From a virus (taxonomy: Duplodnaviria; Caudoviricetes): a stretch of DNA of 29,553 bases. The stretch covers positions 1 through 29,553 of the IMG/VR virus record IMGVR_UViG_3300048858_000070, one strand, 5' to 3'. Position 1 is the stretch's first letter. The number at the start of each line of letters is the position of its first letter. The notes beneath the pieces were generated by a model. It saw nothing but the letters and a program-made list of their open reading frames with translations. It made no database searches and was not told the origin of the DNA. Positions 29,446-29,553 of this stretch are shown piece by piece. Both the position numbers and the translations under genes were made by a program.

Positions 29446-29553
29446 TGTTCTTTCCTCACGGTGCAATGGTCTACCGCCTCCGAGGCGGCATGACCCCCGA
29501 CCCGTACAACCCGGACGCGCAGATTCCGGAGAACTGGGACGAACCAGAAGTGC
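29445..29553 (+). CDS. Head-to-tail stopper, partial
   Basis: MFFPHGAMVYRLRGGMTPDPYNP...NWDEP; TGATG coupling. Confidence 0.65.
   Translation, partial: MFFPHGAMVYRLRGGMTPDPYNPDAQIPENWDEPEV

Larger units (their letters stand above)
7582..29553. mobile_element. Temperate siphovirus-like prophage, left part, integrated at or in the 3' end of nrdF
   Basis: The integrase converges on the nrdF end and is followed by the canonical lysogeny, replication, packaging, head gene order. The right end is outside the window, so the left boundary is approximate. Confidence 0.95.

Overview
High-GC actinobacterial DNA, Microbacterium-like by inference. Bases 1-7581 are host chromosome: a minus-strand cluster (MFS transporter, alpha/beta hydrolase, acyl-CoA dehydrogenase-family protein, aldo/keto reductase start) divergent from a class Ib ribonucleotide reductase operon nrdH-nrdI-nrdE-nrdF, whose upstream region has tandem NrdR boxes and phased DnaA-box-like motifs. 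From the 3' end of nrdF to the window end lies the left part of a temperate siphovirus-like prophage. In order: tyrosine integrase, ImmA/IrrE-type metallopeptidase, repressor/Cro switch, excisionase, antirepressor, recombination and replication genes (YqaJ exonuclease, beta-clamp-like protein, short Bet/RecT-like protein, helicase-methyltransferase fusion, nucleases, initiator, SSB), a run of small genes, a ~450-nt structured non-coding late leader, two HNH genes, terminase, portal, scaffold, major capsid and head-tail genes. The most notable points are a probable phage-supplied nrdF 3' end, a large terminase that appears to lack expected nuclease aspartates beside two HNH genes, the structured late-leader RNA, and a 650-nt same-strand gene overlap. 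All calls come from motif recognition by eye; no database searches were run.
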